Of a stretch of 56,412 nt of DNA, positions 35,351-48,600 are shown in pieces. Source of the DNA: Octopus bimaculoides. Taxonomy: Eukaryota. The stretch's first letter is position 1. Each line of letters begins with the position of its first letter. The notes beneath the pieces were generated by a model. That model was not told the origin of the DNA. It did no database searches and saw only the letters and a program-made list of their open reading frames with translations. The stretch is taken from assembly GCF_001194135.2 (NCBI RefSeq), contig NC_068982.1:130956265-131012676 (forward strand). The letters are read 5' to 3'. A program made the position numbers and the translations under genes.

Positions 35351-37228
35351 GTAGTAGTGGATCTTGTTAGCATTAACAGCCTTATTAGGAATCGATTATA
35401 ACTTTTTACCTTCGACATTTTTCTTTTTCGCTTTTTATTTTTCGTTTCTTTACATTTAGTTTTTTAACTTGTGTTTCTATCTACCACTTCATATTGATTT
35501 TGTCAGGGACACAGACCTCAATATCATACGATGGACTCGATCTGTCAGTTGGTGATAAAGCAATTTTCCACCTCTTGATATATGCAAGTTAAAGAACAGA
35601 TCACATAACATCGGGATCAATTATTCATTTGCCGTTTGTGAAATATAATGAAATTCGATTCAGTCAAGACTGATCCCATCAATTTAGTTGATAGCACAAT
35701 ATCGATCAATACTTTACTTTCCAATCTCAGATATGTGTAATAGAGTAAATCACTTCTGTTTTCTGTCACAGCTACCCCTGGCATTATGTTATCAGTGTTA
35801 TTGGCTTCAGGAGAGTGATCCAAGTTATACTCATAAGATTTGAGTCCATCATAGCAGATCACAAAACCACTCATTGACTATATAGTAGTATGCTGTCGTA
35901 AACTTCGCATTAAATGATAAAAATTTACATTTAAGTAGATATTGTTACTGATGTTTAGCCTCACATCCTGACCTTGATCGAGTAGTCGTACAATCAAAGC
36001 TATTCCAGTCATGACTATCCCGTATTTTTCCTACGTGCGGGAAATCTAGAACCATATTATCTAATTTGTCGTTTTCTAAGACGGCGGGATGTGATTTGAA
36101 AGCTATTTGGCTGCTATTTCTAATAGATCGAGAAACCACGCATAGCCTCCAAGTAAAACTGTCATAGATAAACTGCATTGTTGGAGGTTATCAAAGCTTT
36201 GGAGAAAATGTAATATCAACAACAGAATATGAATCACTGACATTCCGGTCGGTAAAGTGACGCCCTACTAATTATTTAAATTAGGGAGTTTAAGAACTTC
36301 TAAACTGTCAGCCATAACTTTGGCCCGGTTTATTAACATAATACATTTAAAATAATCTAGCTCTAGATATAACAGTACTTACGAGTAAGTTTGGATCATA
36401 ACATGGTTTCGATTCTCAATACCACCAACTGTAATGTGAAATAGTTTTAGCCAGAAACTGAAAAAAAAGTGCAAATATACGATATTGTCAGAGCCGGATA
36501 ATGGTACCTGTAATTTAGGAACAGTCATCTGGGGCTTTAAGTCTTGTCTTTGAGTTCTTCGAAATAAATGGAAACAATGAAAATAAACTTGTGATAATAA
36601 AATTGAGATGAATATTTTATTCTTGTATTTAATAATATGTAATAAAAAGTATATTAATACATTTACATGCTTTACTGCTTCTGGATTATTTAAAATAGAC
36701 ACTTGTAAGCGTATCGAAATTCAGTTAAACTTTCTTGAAGATATTAGTATTTCCATTGACTGTGGTCCTAACTTGGCGTGAAATGGGCATTCAATATTCA
36801 TTTTGTCAGCTGAGTAGACTAAAGCAACATGAAGTTTCTTGTCCAACGATGCAATGTGTTACTGAAACCTGATCGGGAGCCCAGTTGTTTAAACACTAGG
36901 CCAGGCGCTTTCTAGAAACTGTAACCCAGTAGCAAAAACAACTCGCTGGCAGTTTACCCCTTGTTCTACGGCAAGCACCGATGAAATTAGTTTCTCATGA
37001 ACGAACCAGTGTGTGAATGCTTATGTAGTTCCCTTGACCTGTTAGAGTAACCAGATTACATTCAACACGCCCTACCATCCTAAAAAGACATGACACATCT
37101 GATAAGGGAGACCTAGATAAGTCTAAAAACAGGATAGTCACAAATGTAATATGCGAATTATGGCATTTTTTTTGTGTGAGATGAAGAGGCAAGCCCAAAG
37201 ACCACCTCGGGTGACACCAATTCTAGCT

Positions 37229-37290
37229 ACGCCTTGAGGGATAGTCAAGTTTCCAACGCCTTGGGGGATAGTCAAGTTTCCAACGCCTTT
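37229..37290. repeat. 27-bp tandem duplication x2.3
   Basis: acgccttg(a/g)gggatagtcaagtttcca repeated. Confidence 0.95.
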
Positions 37291-37721
37291 GATCGTAAAT
37301 AGCTGTTGCTATTGTCATTGTTAATACTCATGAGCTTCCTGATGGGGTAGATTTATGATGAAAAGATATTCAGTTAAGGCCGTCTCGTATTTTTAGATAG
37401 CACATTTGATTATACGTTTGTAGTTATACCTTTTTTTAAGGTGATGAGATTAGGGCTGACCTAGGTCTAAATAACTATTCTCAATAGTATTAATTTTTAC
37501 ATAGGACTGTTTCTCTAGTAAAAGTTATGTGTTCCCCTTTAAGTTACCTCAAGAGCAGAAAACATAAACGGCTCATAGTTAATGTTGCTTTCATTAAGGT
37601 AATTAATATGTCGACCCAGAATGATCGATGGTTAAGATTTTACGCGTTATTTTACATAGGTCACTATCAATGCATATTACACCTATCTTTTATTAGGTCA
37701 GCCTTCACGTGGCAAATTAAT

Positions 37722-37760
<39 letters not shown>

Positions 37761-38519
37761 TATACACACGTGGTTATGCATGAGCGTAACCAGATTCCAA
37801 TCTAGGGGTTCTCCATTTATAAATGATCCGCTATCTTCAGGCAAATATGGTTATCTAACATTACATTTCGATTTTATGTGGGGGGGGGGGTTCTCCGTAA
37901 ATTAGACAGGAGTTGTGGTTGTAGAGTGGGTTGTCCGAACTTGAACTCTAACAGGCTGTGTATGAATCCCCAATAGTTACATATAGAATCCAAAGATCAT
38001 GGGCAAACTTTATACCTAACATAAAAAAAAGAGACTGAGAAAACTTTGGTACAGTGAAAAGAACAAAATTGTCTAATCAATGCATTCTGTTTCAGTAATA
38101 ACTAATCTTAGAAATACAAACATGTAATTATGGAAACAGTGTTGTTTACACATCTAGAGCGAAAGTTTTAACGTTTAATATCGACTAATAGCATTAAACA
38201 ACCTAACGGAAAGAAACTTACGTTGTAAGATATTTTCGTCTTTATAGCTCTTCCGCTTCTTTCGTTGCATTTATCCTTCTAGACTAATGTCTGGTCTTCC
38301 ATAATTCTAACCAGCTCTTTCTCTCCTATTTCTGCAACCTCATCTGATATAAATTATGATAACAAGCTGTCATTAATACTAAGATGACATACCACCAAGA
38401 TGTCTTCCAACTGTGCATTAGAAATCTTCGTTCTTTGTCGGCTTACTCATAATTCAGAACATTTATTCATCTCTGTATTTCTCTTGATTTCTAAAATTAT
38501 AACTTAATTTCAAGACAAA

Positions 38520-39075
38520 AAACATGATACATTTTTTTTCTATTCCCTTTTTGCATCTTCTTCCAACACGAATGAATACGCTTGTTCTTTTCTGTTTTTT
38601 TTTTTCCTGCCTCCGTCTTCTCCCTCTTATGCTCCTTTTATATTCTATTCAATTTTCTATTTTCCCATGTCTTTTCTCATATTTTCTTGATTGCTATTGT
38701 TATTTCTTGCTTCCTTTTCTCCTTCCTCCTTCCTTTTCTTATTCAACATCTTTTGCTTCTTCCTCTTCTGGTTGCTGTTGTTATTATTGTTTCTTTCTTT
38801 GCCTTTTCGTTTTTCTTGTTTCATCCTCTTTTAGTTTCTCTTGTGTTGTATTATTTATTCCTTTTCCTTCTCTATATTCTTGTTCTCCTCTCGGCTGTAA
38901 TCATATCCATTTATCCTTCTATACTTATTGTTTTTATGTATATTATTATATATTTAATTTTATATATCTATTTCATTTATTAATTCAATTTTAACATTTA
39001 ATTTCACTTTATCTATATATGTATTATTTCGTTAATTGAAGTTATTTATTGATATTCTAAGTTTATTTTATTTAT
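38520..39075. repeat. Pyrimidine-rich then AT-rich low-complexity tract
   Basis: (TTC)/(TCT)-rich sequence producing F/L/S-rich spurious ORFs. Confidence 0.85.
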
Positions 39076-39139
39076 TACATTTTAGTTTTTAAAAGATATC
39101 AGTGGAGTGTGAGAGAGACTAGAGCACTGGTTTATGTGT

Positions 39140-39505
39140 CCCTAGCCCATTAGATTCTGATATTAATCCTGGTCAAGGTCGACTTTCTTTTATCTCTAAA
39201 GCATAGATAAATAGACACTGGCTTTTAATGAGGTGTAGCCCTGAGCAGTCCTTAGAGAGCGGTCCTTATCGAGTTAACATATTCCATGCAGATGGCAAAT
39301 TAGCAGAGTTGTTAGAACACAAGTTGATGGAATAAATGCCTCACGGTATTTTGTTCGATGCTCTGAGTTCAACTTTGTCTTTCATCCTTCTTATTTTCTT
39401 CTATAAATAAAGAACCAGTTATCAGAGGGTTGGATAGGATGCTTTCTAGTACTTGTTCCCGGTCTTTACGTTCTCAGTTCAAACCTCCCAGCGGTCTACT
39501 TTGGG
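39140..39505 (+). mobile_element. Cluster of three degenerate SINE-B fragments
   Basis: caaggtcgactttc; ttagcagagttgttagaacac...ctctgagttcaactttgtctttcatcc; acgttctcagttcaaacctccc. Confidence 0.6.
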
Positions 39506-42500
39506 AGGTGGGGTATATTTAAATTGTTGTCAGGTTTAACACCACTACTTTTTCCTTGGGTCCCTTTAATGGACTTTGCTTGATTTCAAACAATCGATCC
39601 TAGTTTCTGGTTTCAGACTACTGTCCTTTCTCCCTCCTACCAGGCTGAAGGCCATATAAAGGGCCATGGATACCTCCCTTCCCTTCTGACTAAGAAATAA
39701 AAGGTGGTCGGTTGAATGATCACCTATGATTCCTAGATCCATTTTTTATACATGCCATACCTCCATATGCAGTGATTATCGCTGAGGTGCAGCGTGACGG
39801 TTTGGGAAAATTGTATTTTCTTCAAGAACCAATTTGTTCCTATATGTACTAACAAAAGTGTAACCTTTCATATACCAAGTAATGTTGTGATCATATTTTT
39901 GCCCCTGTTAGTAGTACAACTTAATGTTTCATGTGTGAGTCATTTATATTTAAACAGTATTACGTTGCTGTCGCGTAGCCCCAGTTCATTTCTGATTGTA
40001 CACATGTATTATTGGTCGAACAACTGTAGAACTATAGATCATTACAGAGTAAGTAAAAGTAAATGGATTTCCATCAGTTTCGACGTTGAGTATTCAGTTG
40101 CTTCATCGACTGAATTACCTACTCTTTGAATTACAGTATAAGAGGTTGAGAATTCTATTGACTTGTGTATCCTCAACGTAATCCACAGGTATGTCTGTCA
40201 TAGGTACAATCCATCCGATGGGCTTCTGTAGAGCTTACGTCTTTCCAGCAGTAAAATACACTTGTAGATGTCATTAATGCGATCGAACCCTAGCTTCTGG
40301 TCGCGTTGCTTGCACGGATTCCTGTGTGTCTTTGTCGCCATCCAATTCTACTCAGTATGAAATTGAATTGGAAGCTTGAATCATAATTAATCTTAGCTGA
40401 TTACACAATCATGGACGCCGCCGCTATGGAAGCGTTGCAGTTACTCTAGAGCTTGGTGATCCTGACTTTTGATCTTCTAGGATTCCTCCGCTCAGCCTCA
40501 ATGTAAGAAGCACCGTTGACTCAGTTATGGTCTTCCGCTACCTTTTCGCAATCCGCTATGCTGCAGTCTCATGACTTCGCCGTACCCCTGACAGGGTGGC
40601 TGAACAGGTGTTATGCCTTACCAGAGGGCAACCCGTAACTATGTATGGGCACAGTGGTCACTCTGAGGTATTTTCAAAGTACCCGCATACTCAGACTCAA
40701 CAGAGACAAAATCGAAATACACCAAATGAAACTAAATAAACAAATAGCATAAAGCAATACAGAATCACTTAAATGGCATTTTATAGAATACTTCTTAGCA
40801 GTAATTACCGTATCTTTCCGCGTACAAGACATGCTCTCGCATAAGACATGCCTTTATTTTACGTGTATATCTTTTGGAAAGAAAAAAACAAATTTAGTAT
40901 GCTGTGTTATATAACCAGTGAAAGATATTTAAAAATGGTTTTATAAAGGAAAATGTATGATTCTGTACATATAAATACAATATTTTGACATTTAAAATTG
41001 GAAAAAACGATGTGTGGATTATTAGCCGGTAGTTACGTCTCCAAGTGTTACGGCTCGGTGTCTCCAAGAGAAGTTTGGAAAAGCGGAACGAGTATGCTTT
41101 CGGGTCATGGAAGACAGGGGTCTTCTTAATATTCAAAAGAGCTGTAATTCTTTTCTGCTGTTTTTAGGAGAGAGGCTTGGCAGATTGTCACGGACTCCTT
41201 GGCTTTCTGTATCCTGGACTAATGTATCGGCAGAACACCCTTCCCCGGCTCATACGGACCCCTTTTCTTGGTTGTAGAGATTCTATGTTACTTACTCACT
41301 CATACCCTCGAGAAAGACACGAATGTCATAGAATCTCATTTTCTTCTCGATACGTCCTACTAAATGAAGCTGATAATGATTCCATATGCTTTCACTCTAT
41401 TTTATTTCCTAGTTATGATTATTTCACTTCACTTATACAATGTGTCCCGCACCACTTCTCCAAACTATCAAACATCACCTACACCTTTAGTTATTGAACA
41501 ATTATCTCCCCTATAATATTAACTATGTCAACTTCTGCCAGACGTTTACACCCGAACAACAAAGATCGAAACACGCAGATGTATCATAATAAGCATACTT
41601 ACGGGGGAGCCACCAGATCTAAGGTGGGAAATGAATTCCGTTATATCTATTAAACATACAGACCAACAGCATAATACATTTCAGTGTCATTTAATCATTA
41701 AGCAAAACTTTCCACTGTAAATTTATTTCAAAATGACGAAAATTTCAAAATGAGGAAATATTAAAATAAATTTTAATAATTAAGTATTCATTCAAAACTT
41801 TTTGATTTTTATTGGCTATTGGCATCAGCAAATAATGTTAACGCACCAGCGGTTTTATTAGATAAAATTCAACGACAGATATAACTAAAACGACAACTGG
41901 ATTCAATGACTACACCAAGTAGCCAGTCTTTACAATGAAGCAAAAGTTACTTGTATAGGAACAGTATAGTATTCACGAACTTGCATATTAACAGATTTCA
42001 TACTTTAAAAAATGAGGGTGTGAGCTGTTTTTAATTTAATAACTGGCAGTACAGGAAGGATTTGTGATGAAATATTCACGTCGGGAGTGTCTGCATGAAA
42101 GCATAATCAAATTATCTGATGTCCTCGTCTAACTTTGGCCAGGAGCCTTTCAAATGAGAAAGCATAAATAACATTCTCATCACATTTTGGCTAACTCTTT
42201 TCAGACATGTTAGTGCATGAACATGTATGACTGAGACAAGACTGAGAAAAAAGTTATTTGTACTTCTTTTTTTTTTTGTTCAATCGAAAAGAGAAAACAG
42301 ATGTTTCAGATTTTAGGCGAGCAAAGCCAAGAAATAAGCGATAAGAAAGAGTTATTACGAGTAAAAGAAAAACCTTGCACTTTCCTTTTAATCTGGATTT
42401 TAAGTAAAGCCTAAATAGAGGAAGTTAGATTTAAATCTGTCAATATAAGTAAATTACAAAAAATTGTTTCGCTGACTCATAAGATTCATGCAGTAAACTT

Positions 42501-42849
42501 TATAGTATAAACTGATACAAGCAGATAAAAGTAGATAATGTTGTCACATTAAGAGATTGGTTTAACATTTTTATCGATAGCAACCCGCTTCTGATGGATA
42601 TTTCAAATGCAAAAGGACTTGGTAATTGTGTCCCTCACAAAAACGTAATGGCGGAAGATGTGTTCACAAGTTATAGGCTGCTATGCTATTTAACACTCAT
42701 CTTGTTTATCATACAATTTATTAATCATATAGGCCATTTCAAAAAAGCTTCGAACTCAATAAATCATTTGCATATCTTCGCACGTAATGAACATGTTTCG
42801 TTGATTGAGTATATCTTTAAATTACCTTTTCTTTACAAAGGAGAGTAAC

Positions 42850-45220
42850 GGCAAAGTGTGACAACTATTTCCACAAAAATTGGAAGAGCGAGCGCTCCAG
42901 CTTGATCATCCACGAAGCAGGGCAAAGGATGACGGTTAGGCGTTAGTAGATGACGGAAGCGATATATGCATTCTCCACCTCCACCCAACCCTTCAGGGAC
43001 AGCTTCCTCTCTTTCCATTTCTGGGTGAAACTGGCCACCCTGCACGTCACTTCCCCCCAATTCTTGTCCACCTGGTGGTCTGGACCAAACCAGACCTCGA
43101 CGGTCCTCCCGTCCAGGGCCCTAGAACGCTGTCGGTTGACATGGATCTACCTCTCCAGGTGCCGAGCTGCAAGCCCACCGACTTGTCCTAATTAATCTTT
43201 GCTCCTATCACCGCTTCGTACTCCCTTAAGCCAGTGCCGATCACCTCGATTTCCCTGTTGTCCGACACTATTTCGGTGCCGTCTTCCGCACAAGTCGACA
43301 CGAAATAGCCAACTTTCTTAGTAATGGCTCAAGAGCCAGAACGTACAGGAGGGGTGAGAGTGGGCATCCTTGACGGACTAAATGGGCGATACTAAATGAT
43401 TCCGATAGGTTGCCGTTTACTTTGACCACCGAACAGATGTCGCAGTACATTGCAGCGACCCAGCCTCTGGAAACGAGACCGAAACCGGCCGCCGCGAGGG
43501 AAACCTCCAAGTATTGATGGTCGACCCTCTCAAAAGCTTTTGATTGAGTCAAATTGGCAGGGCCCCACCCATGCCAGGTTCCTTCCTTACTCTCTCTATG
43601 ATGTAGTACATGAGGTAGAGATTGTGGTGGATAGAGCTGTTCAGGATAGCGCATATCTGCGCGTCACTGACGACAAGCGCCAATCTTTTGGCTTACGCCT
43701 TGGCCAAAATCTTATAATCGGCGTTCAGCACAGCTATGGGTTTAAAATTATCTATTTGGCCCTCCTTGTATGGGTCCTTTCTCAGCAGCACCACCACTCC
43801 ACGACTCACAGTACTGGGTAGTCTCCCGTTCTGCTGCCAGTTGCGGTAGAGATCCACCAAGCGATCACCGAACAAGTCTGGCATATGAAGATACAGCTTG
43901 TAAGACAGACCATCCAGCCCAGGAGACTTCTCCTTTGTGCAGCCTGTTATCGCGTCCCGTATGTCTTCGGTTATTATTGGCATTTCGCAGAACTCCGCAT
44001 TCTTGGCCTAAAGGCGCGCATACTATCGAGGCAGGAAGTGAAATCCACCTCCATCCCCCGACACACTACGCGCTCCGTACAGTTCGGCGAAGTGCCGCTG
44101 AAATTCCATACACATCCATTTGGATTCGTGTAGCATCCACTCGTCCCGGCCCGTCAAAGACCGAATTGTGACCTTGTTTCCACGTTGCATTCTGCTACTC
44201 ATCGAACGGCTTTCGTCCCTTCATGTCTTAATGCACACGCTCTAGCTCTCACAAGCAACCCTCGTGCTAGGCATTGAAGAATTGATCAAGAGCCAACATG
44301 TCAGTCGCGATGCCTCTCCTAAGTACCTCTTCTAGATTTTTAACTAGGTCTCCCTCTAGCTTAGATTCGTAAATTTCTCTAAAGCTATTTCCTTACTAAA
44401 TCCTACCGCCTCTATTCTAATAGCCATTTTCTGGGCTATCCACCAACACTTATTTACGATTGCACCCGACAACTTCTGAAGGACTTACTTGCTAACCCGG
44501 TCTCTGAATGTGTGACGCGCCGGGAAAGACGTGTTTAGCTTCTAGTACTCGGGGCCCTGCCTATGGACCCTATCTTGGTCGACCGTCTAGATCACAAATT
44601 TGTGGTCTGGAGAGTGGAAGACTTTGAATTGTGGACAACCTATGCTACTTCTATCTACTAGCCTACAGAATACCCGTATGCCCACATTAGTGCATTCGGG
44701 AAATCCAGTCAGCACCTGTCAGCCAGTTGGAAGCGGCGGAGCAGGTTTATGAGACTTTTACACACCCCACTCCTATCAGCTAGCTCCACCCTATTCAGGC
44801 GTGCATCCAAGATGGTATTCCAATCGCCTTCCAGTACTAAAGAGCATGTGCGTCCCAAGAAAGACCTTCAGGCGCCTGAAGAAATCTGTCTGCCCCGCCC
44901 CAGTCGGAGCATACACAGTGACTAGTCTAAATGCACCACCTTCACTATTGCTCACATCCAAGAAGATCGTCCGAACCTTGAGATCCAAGCCATTCTTAAA
45001 CAGCATTTCCACCCCATTTCCGCTTTCCAGGGCAACTAAGAGGTGCATAGATCTCAGAATCCTCGAAAATAGGGGCTAGATCGAGTATGTCGGAAATTCT
45101 GGTTTCGCTGACGGCCGTCACGTCCAAAGCTAGTGACCTGAGGTCGTTAAGGAGGGGGCCTTACTTCCAGACTGACCCCAGGCCACAAACATTTACACAG
45201 CCCACTCTAATCATCACCAT
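42850..45220 (-). mobile_element. Decayed L1/Tx1-clade LINE ORF2 (APE endonuclease plus RT), 3' end truncated
   Basis: MIRVGCVNVCGL..LDVTAVSETR; FRLVTVYAPTG; KSPGLDGL; FKPIAVLNADYKILAK; SKAFERVDH; VRQGCPLSPLLYVLALEPLL; AEDGTEIV (decayed YADD); ERKLSLKG; LERSLFQFLWK. Multiple stops and frameshifts. Confidence 0.95.
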
Positions 45221-45229
45221 ACCGGCCGG

Positions 45230-45830
45230 AACGAGTTGCGAGAAAGTAAAAGAGCGGGGTTACTTACCCTGCCGTTGCTATTGGCAGCTGGATTGTCTGA
45301 CCTCTGGATTTCGTTGGGTTTTCTCTGATAACCTCTTTAAAAGTCTTTAGGGGTTCCCACGTCGTGGGGGAGGCCTCCCAAATGTTTTTGTAAGTTTTTA
45401 GCGGCATACGCACAAACAACAGCTCTTCCTATACTTTAAGAATGCTGGTGTCGTGTATTGGTCCCCATCACTTAATCTCTTTATTTCGAGCAATGATGGG
45501 CGTCAGATCTTTGTTTGCTCTCCTCACTTGCACAAAATTTGGGGTTTGTGAATTTATCAGTTCTTCAGAAATCAGAAAGCATCTTTTTTGAGGTGAGATG
45601 GGGTTGTGGTGGTGGCAGCTTTTGTTGTGTTGACGGTTGTAGACCTGGAGAGGTTGTTGTCTGTGTGACTGTATTTGTTGTGCGCGCATTTTCTGCGTTG
45701 TCCAATGTGTGTGTTTTGTGAGACCGGGTATTATTCTCCTGCGCTTTCTTTTTAATTTTTTAGGCTTTTGTAGTTCCTCTTCATCTTCTTGTAGACGCGA
45801 TCGCCGATTCACAAGCATTCGTAGACGTAC
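45230..45830 (-). pseudogene. Probable ORF1 remnant of the same LINE
   Basis: Directly upstream of ORF2 on the same strand; Lys/Arg- and Thr-rich frameshifted segments (EELQKPKKLKRKRRR; EELLFVRMPLKTYKNIWE). No diagnostic motif seen. Confidence 0.4.
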
Positions 45831-46287
45831 TTGTAGATTTCTTTTTAAAAAACAAGTCTTGAGTTAGAAGCTTTTTTTTTTTTTCGTTCTCTATAAATTT
45901 CTTGGTAACACGCAGAAGCATTTGTTATGGTAGTAGAAACTTTTGCACTTCGTTCAAAATTTGGATCTTGTGCTNNNNNNNNNNNNNNNNNNNNNNNNNN
46001 NNNNNNNNNNNNNNNNNNNNNNNNNNNNNNNNNNNNNNNNNNNNNNNNNNNNNNNNNNNNNNNNNNNNNNNNNNNNNNNNNNNNNNNNNNNNNNNNNNNN
46101 NNNNNNNNNNNNNNNNNNNNNNNNNNNNNNNNNNNNNNNNNNNNNNNNNNNNNNNNNNNNNNNNNNNNNNNNNNNNNNNNNNNNNNNNNNNNNNNNNNNN
46201 NNNNNNNNNNNNNNNNNNNNNNNNNNNNNNNNNNNNNNNNNNNNNNNNNNNNNCACACACACACACACACACACACACGTATATATA

Positions 46288-46501
46288 TTGGGTTGTCCAA
46301 TTTTTAAAGGAAAGAACACGGTCAATAAATACTTGGCATTACATTTTTAATCAACCAAATATGAACCATTTTGTTGCACAATGCGTCTCCATCTTTCCTT
46401 GAACTTGAAAATACCCTCTTCCCAGAATTGGGGTGGTTTCTTGGCAAATAAGTCTAAAGGTAAGCTACTATAAATCGGCACGAACTTTCCGGACAACCCA
46501 A
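46288..46501 (-). mobile_element. 214-bp mariner deletion derivative
   Basis: TA|TTGGGTTGTCC...GGACAACCCAA|TA; encodes FAKKPPQFWEEGIFKFKERWRRIVQQNGSYLVD, a mariner transposase C-terminus. Confidence 0.9.
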
Positions 46502-46859
46502 TATATGTGTGTGTGTGTGTATGCATGTATTGCGTAGTAACAGAAACAGGCGATGACACTCTGCCGTCTGCATAATCTCCGAGGCATGTAATGATAACTG
46601 AATAGCTCACAGCTGTGTGGCAGGGAAAACCGGATAAAACTCGAAATTGCGTCTCTCTAGAACGATTTCCTATTGTTCGTATAATGTTCTGCCAGAGAGC
46701 CATTCCGAGCATATTTTTCCTTGAATATATACTGTAACTGGAAACAGATCTCTACTCAACACAATGTCTTGACAACTGAAGTGGCCCTTGTCACACTTTG
46801 CAAATGGCAAATTATATTACAGTATGAATAGGAGGTTGCATAGTTTATTCTTTTGCTTT

Positions 46860-47260
46860 GTTACATGTTTCAGTCATTCAACTACGATTATGCTGGAGCA
46901 GAATCTCGACGATTCTAGCTTAATGAAATTGATACTCGTAGGTATTTTGAAGTCTGGCAATTATGCAAACGGTCGCTTTTTTGCAGTATTGCTACGTTAC
47001 TTGAACGTACGAAAACCTACAACGTTATTTCTCAAGCGGTGAGAGACAAACACAAAGATACAGACATACACGCACTTGTACACACACACACGTGTGTGTG
47101 TGCATGTATGTATACATGCACGCAACAGGCTTTGCGCAGTTTCCGTCTATTGAATTTGCATTGTTCGGTGTCATTGCAGAAAACTTGTCAAAAGTACAGC
47201 GCAGTGGAATTGAGCCTGAAGTCACGTGATGAAACGAAGTCCTTAACCACACAGTCATAA
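46860..47260 (-). mobile_element. Degenerate full-length SINE-A
   Basis: tttcagtcattcaactacgattatgctggagca (tail) through agtttccgtct...gcgcagtggaattgagcc...ttaaccacacagtc (head). Confidence 0.75.
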
Positions 47261-47269
47261 ATAATAATT

Positions 47270-47580
47270 ATTTCTAATTTAGGTAGAAAACTAGTAATTC
47301 TGAGACGGGTGGGGGGGGGGCTAATCTTTATAACCAACTCCAGTACTTGACAGGTACACTATATCATCGATCCCCAGGTGTATGAAAGGCAAAGTTGACT
47401 TTGGCCGAATTTGAAGTCACAACGAAAAAACCGCAAGGCATTTTCCCGACGCTCTAATTATTCTGCCAGCTCATCACCTTGGAAGAATAAAATGCAAAGC
47501 TAACCTCTGTGAGATTTGATCTCTGAGTGCGACGAATCAGAACAATGCCTGACGTTCTAACGATTCTGCTAATTCGTACT
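47270..47580 (-). mobile_element. SINE-B (47270-47480) plus a second SINE-B head (47510-47578)
   Basis: atgaaaggcaaagttgactttggccgaatttgaag...ttctgccagctc; ttctaacgattctgctaattcg. Confidence 0.75.
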
Positions 47581-47586
47581 CATTGT

Positions 47587-47788
47587 CAGTCATGGGCAAA
47601 CTGTGGGCCGCATGTAGCCTGTGGGACTTTCTGAATAGTACGCCTAAGGAAAAATTACCTTAATTTTTTTTAGCAGTCCGACTCGCTTAATGCGGCCTAC
47701 CTGATGATGAGCCATGCCTCCTGCAGCCCATCTGATTATGAGCCACGTCTCATCTGGCCTACATCTTGATAAAGGTTGTCCATGCCTG
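47587..47788. mobile_element. hAT-type MITE (~200 bp)
   Basis: TIRs cagtcatgggcaaact and aggttgtccatgcctg (CAGGCATGGGCAA-type); 8-bp TSD not preserved. Confidence 0.7.
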
Positions 47789-47860
47789 CTCTCAATCGTC
47801 ATATTTCTATATCACTTCGCATTACCAATTCACGTTACTTAACGTAAATAAGTATCATGT

Positions 47861-48069
47861 GTAATATCCTTTTCTACTCCAGGCACAAGACCCAAAATTT
47901 TAGCGGAGGGGGCCAGTCGATTACATCGACCCCAGTGTTCAACTATGTTATCGACCCCGAAAAGATGAAAGGCAAATTCGACCCCGGTGCAATTTGAACT
48001 CAGAACGTAACGAAATAACACTAAGCACTTCGTCCAGCGTGCTAACGATTCTGCCAGCTCGCCACCATA
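47861..48069 (-). mobile_element. Full-length SINE-B (B1 tail) with 11-bp TSD
   Basis: Direct repeat aagtatcatgt at 47850-47860 and 48070-48080; head ggcgagctggcagaatcgttagcacgctggacga on minus. Confidence 0.95.
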
Positions 48070-48354
48070 AAGTATCATGTACATATAAGTACTGTGTACA
48101 ATACACTTAGAATCAACAACGAGACTGTATCATTGTTATGTCTCAACAGCATCGAGTTAAAATGCTTCCATAGATATAACTTGAACAGTTATATTCTGGC
48201 TGATTTACTTTAGAAGTACTACAAGAAGACGAAATCTTCAAGTAATCCCACTCATCTTAAAATACCAAACACACCCACAGATTCTTTGATTCACGTTCAC
48301 ATATCTATAATTTTCTTTACTTGTAAGCATTTTCCTTTAACTAACGACTGAACG

Positions 48355-48600
48355 TGAAGGCGAATGACCCAGTGGTTAGTGTGCTGCACTCATGATCGTA
48401 AGATAACAGTTTGGATTCTCAGACCGGACGGTGAATTTTGTTCTTGATAAAAAGACTTCATTTCACGTTACTCCAGTCCACTCAAGTGTAAATGAATGCC
48501 AGCAATAGCTCTGAAGTAGACCCTACGATGGACCGGCGTCCTTTTCAAGAGACAGTGTTGTAATTTCAGTCACAAATATACCATGGAAACCGGTTTAAGC
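48355..48600 (+). mobile_element. SINE-D
   Basis: A-box-like gacccagtggttagtg, then actccagtccactcaagtgtaaatgaatg (CORE-like) and tail ccctacgatggaccggcgtcc...ccatggaaaccgg. Confidence 0.7.

Noticed and set aside
37229-37290. CRISPR-like direct repeats (27 bp)
   Set aside because: Contiguous tandem units without spacers, in a eukaryotic context with no cas genes.
38524-38994. 156-aa hydrophobic ORF resembling a membrane protein
   Set aside because: Pyrimidine-rich low complexity yields F/L/S in two overlapping frames.
41168-41497. Plus-strand exon after a strong acceptor (106-aa ORF)
   Set aside because: No donor or recognisable protein; both strands read equally poorly.
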